Assembly (NCBI GenBank): GCA_963737655.1
Contig: CAVTTN010000002.1
Coordinates: forward strand, 5,184,001 to 5,248,000
Source of the DNA: an uncultured Planctomycetota bacterium
Lineage (GTDB): Bacteria; Planctomycetota; Planctomycetia; Isosphaerales; Isosphaeraceae
DNA: 64,000 nt
Direction of reading: 5' to 3'
Part shown: positions 1 to 10,208 of the stretch, one piece after another
How positions within the stretch are numbered: position 1 is the first letter of the stretch
Layout: each line of letters starts with the position of its first letter
Program-made: the position numbers and the translations under genes
Notes under the pieces: model-generated
The model's input: only the letters and a program-made list of their open reading frames with translations
Told to the model about the DNA's origin: nothing
Database searches by the model: none

Positions 1-1360
1 AGTCGGCCTCACCGGCTCGACCGTGACGCCCCAGGGTCGCGTGATCGAGAGGCACGATTCGGCCTTCGGCGCGATGTGGAAGACTTTTGATTTCGCCGAC
101 CGTCAGGACGTCCGCACGCGCCCTCTCGGGCCCGGCGACGGCCCCCACGACTTCCGCTCCGGAGGCGGCGAGGCCCTCTTCGAGCTGCCCAATGGGATGA
201 TCGGCTTCTTCGTCGCCTCGGCCGACGGCTCCCGGCTCGACTCGGCGCCGACGGCCCTCCTCCGCGACCCGAAACGGCCGACCGTCCCGGTCGCCAATGG
301 CCTTTCCTGCCTGGGTTGCCACGCGACGGGGCCGATCGCCGCGACGGACGAGGTCCGGCCGTCCCTGGCGAAATCGAACCTGCCCGACGACGTGCTCGAT
401 GCCGCCGACGACCTGTATCCCCCTGCGGACCGGCTGGCCGAGCTCGTGCGGAACGATTCGGCCCGCTACGCCCGGGCCGTGGCCGAGACCGGCGCCTTCG
501 CCGGCCCGACCGAGATCATCGCCACCCTCGCCCGCGAGTTCGAGGCCGACGTGACGCCCGAGACCGCCGCGATCGAGGCCGGATTGGCGCCCGACCCCCT
601 GAAATCGCTGATCGGCCGGACGCCCCGCCTGTCCCAGGCGCTCCGCCCTCTGACCCAGGGCCAGAGCGTCCGCCGCGAGGCGTTCTCCGAGGCGTTCCCC
701 GCGCTCGTCGAGGCCAGGTTCCCCGACGCCTCACGCCGGCAGACGATCGTGGAGCGCCGCCCGTCGGCCCCAGGTCCGCAACCTCAACCGCAGCCGCAGC
801 CGCCGAGGAACGACCCGGCGCCGGCCCCGAAAATGGCCGCCAATCCGCCCAAAGGGACGAAGCCCGGCGCGAAGGGGCGGTATCCGGCCGAGAGGCTCGA
901 CGCGATCCCCGAGAACGTCCGATCGGACGACCGCGAAGGGTTCCGCGACGTCGCCCCGGAGGGCGCCCTGCTCGTCGGCCTTCGCGTCCGCTACGGCGAG
1001 TTCCTCGGCCGGGCGAAGGTCGGGGCCGTCCAGCCGATCTATCGCAAGGGGACCAAGGAAACCAGGGGCGAATGGCACGGCGAGGCCCAGGGGGGCGAAG
1101 GCGAGGCGATCGCCCGGCCGGGCTACGCCATCGGCGCCCTGAACACGAGGACCGGCCTGCTCGTCGATGGCTGCCAGGTCGTCTTCATGAGGATCAAGGG
1201 GGACCGCCTGATCCCCGAAGATAGCTACAACGCCCCCTGGCTCGGCGACACCCAGAACGGGGGACCGAACTTCATCCTCGGCGAAGGCCGGATCGCCGTC
1301 GGAATCCACGGCCGGGCCGGCCGAGAGCTGAACTCCCTCGGCCTGTTGTTGCTCAAGTGA
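1..1360 (+). CDS. 5'-truncated planctomycete protein with c-type heme motif and a C-terminal beta-rich (jacalin-like) domain
   Basis: ORF 23..1360, probably begun upstream of the window; SCLGCH (CxxCH) motif; Pro/Gln linker; C-terminal domain ending GIHGRAGRELNSLGL, reminiscent of beta-prism lectins. Confidence 0.6.
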   Translation, partial: VGLTGSTVTPQGRVIERHDSAFGAMWKTFDFADRQDVRTRPLGPGDGPHDFRSGGGEALFELPNGMIGFFVASADGSRLDSAPTALLRDPKRPTVPVANGLSCLGCHATGPIAATDEVRPSLAKSNLPDDVLDAADDLYPPADRLAELVRNDSARYARAVAETGAFAGPTEIIATLAREFEADVTPETAAIEAGLAPDPLKSLIGRTPRLSQALRPLTQGQSVRREAFSEAFPALVEARFPDASRRQTIVERRPSAPGPQPQPQPQPPRNDPAPAPKMAANPPKGTKPGAKGRYPAERLDAIPENVRSDDREGFRDVAPEGALLVGLRVRYGEFLGRAKVGAVQPIYRKGTKETRGEWHGEAQGGEGEAIARPGYAIGALNTRTGLLVDGCQVVFMRIKGDRLIPEDSYNAPWLGDTQNGGPNFILGEGRIAVGIHGRAGRELNSLGLLLLK

Positions 1361-1380
1361 TCGCGCCGGGGAGGGCCGTC

Positions 1381-1440
1381 TCGTAGGACAGGCCTCGGCC
1401 TGCCGTCCCCCGGATCGGCAGGCCGAGGCCTGCCCTACGA
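1381..1440. repeat. REP doublet (REPIN), GTAG family B
   Basis: GTAGGACAGGCCTCGGCCTGCC followed by its inverted copy GGCAGGCCGAGGCCTGCCCTAC between convergent genes; same unit at 21629 and 44397. Confidence 0.9.
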
Positions 1441-1544
1441 AGACCCGATGCCGCCTCTCGCGATCGAAGACCGACCGAATCGGCGTGATCCGCGGTTGCC
1501 GAAGGCCCTCCCCGATCCCGTTCGAGCGGTCTTTCCATTCCCGA

Positions 1545-3335
1545 TCACCGGCCCAGCCGGCCCCGGCTCCTCGGGCCGATCGGGGGTCGGGCGGGGATCG
1601 CGCCTCGGGAGGGGAGCCTGGGCGTGATCCTCGGGCCGATGCCGAAGCGGTCGTGGAGGCTCGGGCGGTTCCCTCCGGCCCCGGGCGGCTCGACGAGGAT
1701 CACCACGGCGTCCTTCGGGTTCGACTGGACGCCGTCCCTCAGGAGGGCGAGCAACGGGCCGGGCACGTCCGTCTTGAGCGTCGTCATCAGCGAGGAAACG
1801 GCCTCGAAATGCGCCCGGCGGAGCTCGACGGACCGGTTGCGCATCGCGTTCGGGTCCGACGGGCTCCCCTGCGCGACCTGATCGGTCATCGTCTTCAAGT
1901 CCGCATACGTATTGGAGAGCTTGAGGATGCCCTCGCGGACCGGGTCGGGGTAGTTCTTCGAGTCGTGGGCGACCTGCCTCGCCTCGTCGCGGAGGTTGGC
2001 GAACAGCGTCCGGTCGAGCGAGCCGAGCGCCTCGAGGGCCCTGGGTCGGTCGATGACGTTGGCGAGCATCCCCTCGACGGCCGCGACCTGGATCGCCCCC
2101 CCGGCGGTCAGGAGGCGGAACGCCAGGGGGAGGCGATGGCGGGCCCGGGTCGCCTGCTTGTCGGCCGCCGAGAGCGTCGCGAGCTTCGCCACGGCGTCGT
2201 TGAGGTCCTCGATCGGGATGCAGAACGCCACGCCCTCCTGAGACGTCGCCTTGAGGGTCGCCACGCCGATGACCTCGCCCCGAGAGTCGAGCACCGGGCC
2301 GCCGGAATTGCCGTGGTTGATCGCGATCCCGAGCTGGTAGAAGTCCCGGCCGTCCACCTTCGTCTGGACGCTCAGGACCCCTCGGCTCACGGCGTTCTCC
2401 AGGACCCCGCCCTCGTCGCCGAACCCCGGGCTGCCGATGACCGTGACGTCCTCCCCCTTGCGATACAGGAATCGCGAGGCCAGGCCCAGCGGCGGCAAAT
2501 CCGTCTTCACGGCCAGGAACGCCAGGTCGCGCCTGGGGTCTTCGTAAAGCAAGTCGACCGAGCGAGGCCCTCGCCCGTCACCCGCCGCGGCGGGGAACAT
2601 CACTTCAAGATTCGAGAGGAACTCATCGTCGATCACGTGGGCATTCGTCGCGATGACGCCGGGCCGGATGACGAACCCGGTGCCGCTCGACACCCTGCCG
2701 CGGATCAGGGCGATGGAGGCGTCGCATCGCTCGACGATCTCGGCGGTGGTCAGGCTCCGCCCGGCGGCGGGAGGCGGGGCGGGCCCGGGGGTCGGGACCG
2801 GCCAGGGCGCCGGCGAGGCGGCGATCCGGGGCGGAGGCGAGGCGGGCTTCGCCTCGTCCTTCACGATCGGATCGGGCGGGAGCAGGACGGGCAAAGCCTC
2901 CTCCGCCACCTTCGCCGGGACCTCGGGCGGCGCGATCGGGAGCTCGGGAAGCGTCCCCTGGGCGACAACCTCCGGCCTCGCCGGCGGCCCCTCGGGCTTC
3001 CGAAGCAGGAGGACGGCGACCAGAGCCACCAACCCCACCAGGACCAACCCGCCGCCGCCCAGGACCGGAACGACCCAGCCCGGCAACGCCGGCGCCGGCG
3101 GCGGATGGAAAGGCGGGGCCGACGGCCTCGGCACCCCCAGCCGCTCGGGATGAATCGGCTCCGGTTCCAATTCCGGTTCCGGTACCGGCCCCGGAATCGG
3201 CTCCGACCCGTTCCCGGGGACCCTCTGGAGGACGAACCGATTGTTGCAGGCCGGACAAACCACCCGCCGACCCTCGGCCGACTCCGGCACCCGCCCGGTC
3301 CGGCCGCACGTCGGACAAAGGATCGAAATATTCAT
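1545..3335 (-). CDS. Membrane-anchored trypsin-like (S1C) serine protease with N-terminal zinc ribbon
   Basis: CPTC...CPAC zinc ribbon, one TM helix, GTGF...TNAHVI, DLAFL and GNSGGP catalytic motifs; start taken at MNISILC. Confidence 0.85.
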   Translation of the reverse strand: MNISILCPTCGRTGRVPESAEGRRVVCPACNNRFVLQRVPGNGSEPIPGPVPEPELEPEPIHPERLGVPRPSAPPFHPPPAPALPGWVVPVLGGGGLVLVGLVALVAVLLLRKPEGPPARPEVVAQGTLPELPIAPPEVPAKVAEEALPVLLPPDPIVKDEAKPASPPPRIAASPAPWPVPTPGPAPPPAAGRSLTTAEIVERCDASIALIRGRVSSGTGFVIRPGVIATNAHVIDDEFLSNLEVMFPAAAGDGRGPRSVDLLYEDPRRDLAFLAVKTDLPPLGLASRFLYRKGEDVTVIGSPGFGDEGGVLENAVSRGVLSVQTKVDGRDFYQLGIAINHGNSGGPVLDSRGEVIGVATLKATSQEGVAFCIPIEDLNDAVAKLATLSAADKQATRARHRLPLAFRLLTAGGAIQVAAVEGMLANVIDRPRALEALGSLDRTLFANLRDEARQVAHDSKNYPDPVREGILKLSNTYADLKTMTDQVAQGSPSDPNAMRNRSVELRRAHFEAVSSLMTTLKTDVPGPLLALLRDGVQSNPKDAVVILVEPPGAGGNRPSLHDRFGIGPRITPRLPSRGAIPARPPIGPRSRGRLGR

Positions 3336-3658
3336 CAACGCCCCATCCCAGACCTGGCAAGGAGGATCGGGGCGCCCCGGGCCCCGTCGGTTTCCCGGAT
3401 TGGAAAGCCTACGACCCTCGCGGGCGACGGTCAAGGAACGCATCTGGTGCTTCCTCGCGATCGCAGCATTTCTTGAGGACCGGGTCGATCGTCCATTTGG
3501 ACCGAGAGTCCTTTGGCCACCCTCGTCTCCGGCGCTCGCGGCGACGAGGCGAAGCGGCCGGTCCCGCGAGACGCCGAGACGCTGGTGCCTTGTAGCTTGC
3601 ATTTCGTCGGTAGTGTCACTACACGGACCGATGGTCGCACGTTCAGTTGGAGGATGCC

Positions 3659-4327
3659 ATGACGATCCTTGGTCGAGGCGTCTATAGCCTCCCGGAAGCG
3701 GCTCGACTGACGCAGCTTCGACCGGCCCGGGTTCGCGCCTGGTTCCGTTCCGACGCGGACGGCCAGGACGGCACACCCGTCTTTCAGAGCGACTATCCCC
3801 CGGTGGCGGGCGAGCGAGCGATTAGCTTTCTCGATTTGATCGAGGTCTGTATCGCCGGAAAGCTGCGGTCCGCCAACCCACCGGTGTCCTTGCAACACAT
3901 CAGAAATGTCCACGGCACATTGTCTCGTGAGACCGGCCAGGACCATCCCTTCTGCACACGGGAGATCTACCATGGCGGAGGCCGGATCTTCACCAGACAG
4001 TTCACCGACCGCGAGTCCCATGCCGTCATCGAACCCCTCACTCATCAGGCGTATCTTGATGCGGTGATCCTGCCCTTCCTCCAACGGATCGACTACGACG
4101 AGGTCACGACGCTGGCAAAGTTGTGGAGGATCGCCGACGGGGTCGTGATCGATCCGACCCGATGCTTCGGCAAGCCGATCGTCGAGGCGGCCGGGATCGC
4201 GACCCGGGTGCTCGCCTCGGCCTTCGAAGCCAATGGGAGAGACGCCCAGCGGGTCGCGGACTGGTACGCGGTCGCTCCGGCGGACGTCGTCGCGGCCGTG
4301 GACTTCGAACGAAGGCACGCCGCGTGA
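3659..4327 (+). CDS. DUF433-domain antitoxin (VapB45-like)
   Basis: N-terminal HTH (YSLPEAARL) and C-terminal DUF433 signature VVIDPTRCFGKP...IATRVL...VAAVDFE. Confidence 0.85.
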   Translation: MTILGRGVYSLPEAARLTQLRPARVRAWFRSDADGQDGTPVFQSDYPPVAGERAISFLDLIEVCIAGKLRSANPPVSLQHIRNVHGTLSRETGQDHPFCTREIYHGGGRIFTRQFTDRESHAVIEPLTHQAYLDAVILPFLQRIDYDEVTTLAKLWRIADGVVIDPTRCFGKPIVEAAGIATRVLASAFEANGRDAQRVADWYAVAPADVVAAVDFERRHAA

Positions 4328-4767
4328 TGAAGCTCTTCTTCGATCGCAACTGCGTCGTCCGCACGGCACGCATGTTGTCGATCTTTGAATGGCCGTCGGG
4401 GCATCACGTCCGGCATCACGACGACGACCCGCGGTTCACCAGGACCAGTCGGGACGCGGAAATCCTGACCGCCCTGCACGACGAAGCCCCGGACTGGGTC
4501 TTCGTCGGGGGCGACGGCAAGATCCTGAGGAACAAGGCCGAGCTGGCGGTCCTGGCCGAGACCGATTTAAACTATCTGGTATTGAATCATGTCTGGTGCA
4601 ACAAGCGAATCGAGGAGACTTGCTGGATGCTGATCAAGGGATGGCCGAAGATCCTGGCGGAGATCGAGCGGCTGCGAGTCCATTCCATCCTGGAATTGAA
4701 ATTCAGCACCGCCGGAAACGTCGAAAACCTGGGTCCGACCGCCAGCTTCCGACCTCGACGTGGGTAG
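4327..4767 (+). CDS. PIN-like toxin (VapC45-like)
   Basis: MKLFFDRN start, D-x-EIL and GGDGKILRNKAE PIN-like motifs; TGATG overlap with the antitoxin. Confidence 0.8.
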   Translation: MKLFFDRNCVVRTARMLSIFEWPSGHHVRHHDDDPRFTRTSRDAEILTALHDEAPDWVFVGGDGKILRNKAELAVLAETDLNYLVLNHVWCNKRIEETCWMLIKGWPKILAEIERLRVHSILELKFSTAGNVENLGPTASFRPRRG

Positions 4768-4869
4768 CCCACCCGCTCCGACTCGTCGCATTCGCTCCCT
4801 GGCCTTCGGTCACGGATCGTCTCTCCGCCGGGTCGGGCAACCCGGCTCTTGACTCCCCGATCCTCGCGT

Positions 4870-5991
4870 TCACCGCCCCGCGATCGCGATCCGCTCCAGG
4901 AACTCGGCGTTGCTCTTGCCCTTGCTCAACTGGCGGAGGAGGCCCTCCATCGCCTCGACGGGCTTCATGTCGGCGAGCGTGCGCCTGAGGAGGTTGACCC
5001 GGGCGAGGGTGCTGGGTTCGAGGAGCCGCTCTTCCTTCCTCGTGCCGGACTGGTTGACGTCGATCGCCGGCCAGACGCGGCGGTCGGCCAGGCGGCGGTC
5101 GAGCACCAGCTCCATGTTGCCGGTGCCCTTGAACTCCTGGAAGATCAGGTCGTCCATCCGGCTGTTGGTCTCGACCAGGCAGGTGGCCAGGACCGTCAGC
5201 GAGCCGCCTTCCTCGAAGACCCGGGCGGCCCCGAACAGCTTCTTGGGCACGTCCAGCGCCTTGATGTCCACGCCCCCGGACATCGTCCGGCCGGAGTTCG
5301 AGCCCTTGTTGTAGGCCCGGGCCAACCGCGTGAGGCTGTCCAGGAGGATGAGGACCTGGCCCCCCCCCTCGGCGATCCTCTTGGCCCGGTCCACGGCGAG
5401 CTGGGCCAGCCGGATGTGCTCCTCGGGGGCGTGGTCGTTGGAGGAGGCGACGACCTCCCCCTGGACCGATCGCTTCATCTCGGTGACTTCCTCGGGCCTC
5501 TCATCCACCAGGAGGACCATCAAGTGGACCTCGGGATGATTCCTGGCGACGGCCGAGGCGATCTGCTGGAGGAGGACGGTCTTGCCCGTCCGGGGCGGGG
5601 CGACGATCAGCCCTCGCTGGCCCTTGCCGACGGGCGTGAGCAGGTCGATCACGCGGGGGCCCAGCGGCTCGGCGCCGGTCTCCAGGCGGATCGGCTCGTG
5701 GGGGTCGATCGCGGTCAGGTCGTCGAACCCGGGGCGGGCCAGGTACTGGTCGGGGGCGTTCCCCTCGATCTCGGTCAATTCGGCGAGCTTCGGCCCCTGA
5801 CCCCGGGAGGCCGGCTCGACCGTGCCGGTCAGCCGGGCGCCCTGGCGGATCCCGAACTTCTGGAGGATCGGGCCGCCCACATAAACGTCTTCGGCCGCGA
5901 CTCGATAATTGCGCTTCGGGTCCCGGAGGAAACCATGCCCCCTCGGGTGAAGCTCCAAAACACCCGTCCGGGTGCTCTCGGCGGTCGTCAT
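4870..5991 (-). CDS. rho: Transcription termination factor Rho (short form)
   Basis: GHGFLR RNA-binding motif, [17 protein letters not shown]alker [33 protein letters not shown]. Confidence 0.95.
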   Translation of the reverse strand: MTTAESTRTGVLELHPRGHGFLRDPKRNYRVAAEDVYVGGPILQKFGIRQGARLTGTVEPASRGQGPKLAELTEIEGNAPDQYLARPGFDDLTAIDPHEPIRLETGAEPLGPRVIDLLTPVGKGQRGLIVAPPRTGKTVLLQQIASAVARNHPEVHLMVLLVDERPEEVTEMKRSVQGEVVASSNDHAPEEHIRLAQLAVDRAKRIAEGGGQVLILLDSLTRLARAYNKGSNSGRTMSGGVDIKALDVPKKLFGAARVFEEGGSLTVLATCLVETNSRMDDLIFQEFKGTGNMELVLDRRLADRRVWPAIDVNQSGTRKEERLLEPSTLARVNLLRRTLADMKPVEAMEGLLRQLSKGKSNAEFLERIAIAGR

Positions 5992-6291
5992 GGGATGCGA
6001 ACTCGCGACGGGGGCCACGATCGAGGGGCCCGCCCGGGCTCGAGCGAGCCGGAGGACCGGCCTTCCAATCGCTCCTCGGGGGACGACGGCGGGCCGGAGG
6101 ATCGGGGGGTGGACTCGGGGGATCTCGGAGAGGCTCGGGGACGCCCCCCAGCATACCGCCTCCGCGTCGGCCCGTCCATCGCCGAGACTCCCTCCGCCTC
6201 GCACTCCGCCGGACTCGGTGATACGATGGACGGGAAGGGACGACGCCTCGTCCCGAGACTCACAGGGCCGACCGGCCCGAAGGGGGGAGCC

Positions 6292-7047
6292 GTGGAGATT
6301 CGCTCGCGACGGTCCGCCGGATTGGCCCTGATCGTATCGGCCGGCCTGCTCGCCGGCCTCGGCTCCGCAACGGCCCAGGCCCAGGCCGTCCACCCCAGCG
6401 ACATGCTCCGCAGCGGGATGGCCCCGAAATTCGCGCCCTCCGGCGACTGGGCCGAGATCCTCACCGTGACCCCCCGATGGCTCGTCATCCAGAACGCCTC
6501 CGGCCAGCAATTCCCGGTCTCCGTGGATTCCATGGGCCTCTTCGTCATCCGATGGCCCATGGACCCGACCGCCATCAGCCCGGCCGCCCTGGTCGAGACC
6601 ACCGGCGTCCAGCTCGGCTCGCACCGGATCAGCACCGACCACGTCGACGTCTTCGAGGGGACCGCCCGCAACCTCGTCCAGCCGATCTTCCAGGAAATCA
6701 TCGGCTTCGGCCGGACCCCCACCTATTTTGATATCCAGGCCCAGAACAACTACGGACGCTTCATCCCCCTCCTGCCCGGAGAGGACCAGATGCCCGTCCG
6801 GCTCCACATCGTCGGCCCGGCCGTCGGCCTCGATCCGCTGAGCATCGGCGCCTCCGGGAACGTCGCCGTCAGCGTCTTCCCATCCGGCTCCGGCCTCTTC
6901 TTCAGCCAGGTCACCCCGGGTTCCGTCGGCTACCTCCGCCCCGGAGACCTCGTGTATTACGTCCCCACCGGAATCGCCCCCAAAACCCTCATCCTCTCCC
7001 AGATCGTCGCCTACAAGACCATGTCCTTCTCGCAGTTCACCCCCTGA
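6292..7047 (+). CDS. Secreted hypothetical protein
   Basis: GGGAG RBS and GTG start, signal peptide ending ATAQA, globular beta-rich sequence with high GC3. Confidence 0.7.
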   Translation: MEIRSRRSAGLALIVSAGLLAGLGSATAQAQAVHPSDMLRSGMAPKFAPSGDWAEILTVTPRWLVIQNASGQQFPVSVDSMGLFVIRWPMDPTAISPAALVETTGVQLGSHRISTDHVDVFEGTARNLVQPIFQEIIGFGRTPTYFDIQAQNNYGRFIPLLPGEDQMPVRLHIVGPAVGLDPLSIGASGNVAVSVFPSGSGLFFSQVTPGSVGYLRPGDLVYYVPTGIAPKTLILSQIVAYKTMSFSQFTP

Positions 7048-7471
7048 CCCGACGGAACTTGACGACACTTTTCGGCGGAAAAGTGGCGATTCGCCTTGAA
7101 AACAAGGGGATTCGGGCGCGCAGTCACCGATGCGCGCAGAGGCTGGCTCACGTATTGGATTTCGGATGCCTCGAGCCGAAACCCTTTCCGGGAATCAACC
7201 TGCGGCCGCCGTGCCTCGAGGCCCGAGGGTCGGCAAAGCGCCCGGAACGGGGACCATTCGGGCGGCCCTCGGCGCGTGGGGTTTGCCGGGGGCGTGTCAC
7301 CCAGATTCTTTCATGAAATCCGATGTCCCATTCACGATTCGAGCGATCCGTGAATGGACGGGCACGATTTCGGGTGATCGCCGGGCCGGGCCCTCGCGAT
7401 GGTGACTGAGGAGGGGACGGGCATCCGGCCGGGCGCCGGAGGTCCACCGGCCTCGCGCGAGGCTCCGTCAC

Positions 7472-9160
7472 TCAATTCCTCCGACGCGCCGGGGCCGGCT
7501 CGGGTTCCGGCTCCTTCTTCTCCGACGGGCCGGCGGCCACCGGGGCGACGTCGTCCTGGCCGCCCTCGCCGCCCCGGTCGCGATAGAGCGGCAGATACCG
7601 ATAATAGACTTCCAGCGTGAGGAGGGAGAGCGACGTGGTGTACAATCGACCTCCGCGCTGGCCCCACAGGTCCACCTGGGGCTCGCTCGGGTCCCAGCTC
7701 CCCCGGTCGCACCCCAGGCCGTCCCTCTGCATCGCCACCAGGCCGTCGCGGACCCGGACGTTCCACTGCTCCCACTCCTTGCCCTTCATGTTGTGGAGGA
7801 GCTGGGTCGCGTAATACCAGTAATAAATGTTCCTTTGCGTCGATGCTTCGAGGTGGGCGGCGATCCCGGCGGCCCCGGCGAGCAGGGCGGGATGGTCCCT
7901 GGGCCAGCCCAGCATCTGGCGGCAGACCAGGCCCTCGGCCGTCATGCTCGGCGTGGCCGCCCAGCCGGCCTGATAGCCGTAAGTCGCTCCGGAGCCATCA
8001 CTTGCAGCCAGATCAAGATACTCGCGGGCCCGCTTGAGCACCCCCTTGTTCGTCTCCAGGCCGGCGATGTGGGCGCTCCTCATCGCGAAGACCTGCCAGC
8101 CGAAGACCGAGGTGTCCCCCGCCTGCCCCGGCTCGTACCGCCACCCGCCGTCGAACCGATTCTGATTGCGGTTGATGTAATAAATCGCCTTCTGCGCCGG
8201 GTCGCGGAGCCTCTTGTCCTTGGTCATCCCATACGCTTCGCAGAGGGCCATCGCGGCGATGGCGTGGCTGTAATAGAGCGTGTGCATCCCGCCGCCCACG
8301 TACAGCTCGCCGTTGGACCTCTGGTTCTTGATCAACCAAAGAAGGCCGCGCTCGATGGTTTTCTGATACCGGCCGGGCTGGGTGTGGGTGTGGCCGGCGC
8401 CCAGGAGGGGGAGCAGGGCCAGGCCGGTGGCGGCGGTGTCCGACTCGGTGGCGAAGGCGTCGGGGCAGCCGGTCCCCTTGCACATCGGGTTGGTGTCCAG
8501 GCTCCAGGCGCCGTCGGGCCTCTGGTGCCGGGCGATCCAGTCGAGGCCCAGCTCCACGGCCTTCTCCGATTCGACCGTCCCCCCCTCGCGACGGACCATC
8601 TTGGCCCGCCCCTCGGCCTGACGGCCCGAGAACGGGGCCATCTGGGGCAGCCTCTCGGAGAACGCGCCATTGCCCTCGCCGGCCTTCGCGGCCTTCGCGT
8701 TCTTCGACGCAACCCCTTTGGACATCGCGTCCTTGGGCATCCCGGGCTCACGCTCGACCAGGTTCAGGACCGGCCCCACGGCGAACGTGTCGGGCAATCG
8801 CGGCGTGCGGATCACGTCGATCTTCGGCGGGTCCTTGTCCAGGGACAGCGACGGCGGCTCGTCCGATTTCTGCGTGGTGAACGGGTCGCCCGAGTGGTTC
8901 GCCGGGGCCGCCGAGATCACGTCGTCGGTGAGTTGGCCGAGCGTGGTGTCGAGGTTCGGCACCCGCTTCGGCCCGCCCGGCTCGTTCAGGGCCCGGACGA
9001 CCAACGCCAGGAACAGCAACAGGGCGACGTGGAACACCAGGCTCGTGCCCCAGGGCGTGAGCCATCGGAGCCAGTCGGGCGTCTCGCGGTCGAGCTTCCG
9101 CAAGGTCTTGCGGAGCCGGACCTTGGCGATCCGCCAGACGCGGGGCCGCGATCGGGGCAT
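7472..9160 (-). CDS. Prenyltransferase/squalene-oxidase repeat protein, membrane anchored
   Basis: Repeated QxxDGxW motifs (HQRPDGAW, NQNRFDGGW), YYWYYATQ, LTLEVYYRY; N-terminal WGTSLVFHVALL TM segment typical of planctomycete members. Confidence 0.85.
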   Translation of the reverse strand: MPRSRPRVWRIAKVRLRKTLRKLDRETPDWLRWLTPWGTSLVFHVALLLFLALVVRALNEPGGPKRVPNLDTTLGQLTDDVISAAPANHSGDPFTTQKSDEPPSLSLDKDPPKIDVIRTPRLPDTFAVGPVLNLVEREPGMPKDAMSKGVASKNAKAAKAGEGNGAFSERLPQMAPFSGRQAEGRAKMVRREGGTVESEKAVELGLDWIARHQRPDGAWSLDTNPMCKGTGCPDAFATESDTAATGLALLPLLGAGHTHTQPGRYQKTIERGLLWLIKNQRSNGELYVGGGMHTLYYSHAIAAMALCEAYGMTKDKRLRDPAQKAIYYINRNQNRFDGGWRYEPGQAGDTSVFGWQVFAMRSAHIAGLETNKGVLKRAREYLDLAASDGSGATYGYQAGWAATPSMTAEGLVCRQMLGWPRDHPALLAGAAGIAAHLEASTQRNIYYWYYATQLLHNMKGKEWEQWNVRVRDGLVAMQRDGLGCDRGSWDPSEPQVDLWGQRGGRLYTTSLSLLTLEVYYRYLPLYRDRGGEGGQDDVAPVAAGPSEKKEPEPEPAPARRRN

Positions 9161-9427
9161 CGGGAGGGGTCCTGTCCGGGTGCAAGGGTTCGATCGGGCC
9201 CGACCGGGCCGACGGGACGTCCGTGATCGAGCGAAGACGGGAGAGGACTCGCCCTTCTGAAAGACGCCCCAGGCGCCCCGCGTATTCTATCCGGGCCCCG
9301 GCCCGATCGAGCGATCGAACCCGGTCCCCACGGCGATAGTCCCTCCAAGAAGAGCGTTCGCGCCGCGAAAAATCGTTCCTTTTCGATCGTTTTTCCCCGG
9401 GCCACCACCAGCACGTCGTTGGGAACA

Positions 9428-9497
9428 AGGAAAACTGAACGCAGATGACGCAGATTGAGAGTTTGTTGAATCTGCGTCATCTGCGTTCAGTTTTCCT
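9428..9497. repeat. Perfect 29-bp inverted repeat built of ACGCAGAT units; likely terminator-like hairpin
   Basis: AGGAAAACTGAACGCAGATGACGCAGATT, 12-nt loop, exact reverse complement; 7 bp downstream of the YHS gene stop. Confidence 0.9.
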
Positions 9498-9504
9498 GGA
9501 TTCC

Positions 9505-10208
9505 TCATTTCGCCTTGGCTTTCTGCCGTTTCGCGGCTTCGGCCAGGACGGCTTCGGGATCGTCGTCGAAGAGTTCCTTGCAGCCGGAGCAGCAGACGTA
9601 ATAGGTCTGGCCCTTGTACTTGACCTGGATGGTGCCCCGGCCCTCGGTGACGATGCAGACCGGGCCGGTTTCTCCCGACGCAAACGCCACGCCCTGACGG
9701 GTATAGCCCACCTCGCCCAGACGGCCGAAATTGCCGGAGCCGTCCTCGGTTTCGAGGAGGATGAGCAACCGGGTGTCGTGCAGGGGGGTCAGGGTGATCC
9801 GGGCGAGGCCGCCGTCGGGCGGGACGTCGGCCCGGAGCGGGAGGGCGTTCTTCTCGCCCGCCTTGCCGGAGAACGAGCGTTTGGTGCCGTCGGCCAGGAT
9901 GGCGTCGAGCCGGAAGGTCCCGGGGTCCTTGGCGGGATGCAACGCCGCACTCTTCAGGTACTTACCCTTCTCCACGGTCATGACCAGGGCGGCCGATTCC
10001 GGGCCGAGCTTCCAGGCCCAGTCGGCCTTCTCGGTCCAGGCCCCTCGGCGCTGCCTCGCTGGGGCATGCCGGTCCCCTTCCACTCGCCGACGAGGCCGGC
10101 GAACGGCTTCAAAGCGGCCTGGTCCGCGAGGCGAGCAGTCGGAGTCGGCGGGTCGCCCGGGGGGAAGACGCTCAGGGCGAGGATCACCGTCGGGAGGATC
10201 GGGCCCAT
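9505..10208 (-). CDS. Secreted YHS-domain protein (frameshift near 10045)
   Basis: C-terminal CIVTEG...YKGQTYYVCCSGCKELF YHS motif; the signal peptide and LVGEWKGTG N-terminus lie in another frame. Confidence 0.8.

Noticed and set aside
4849..7068. 732-aa ORFs on both strands as real overlapping genes
   Set aside because: Each is a real shorter gene (rho; secreted protein) extended through the other's antisense frame.
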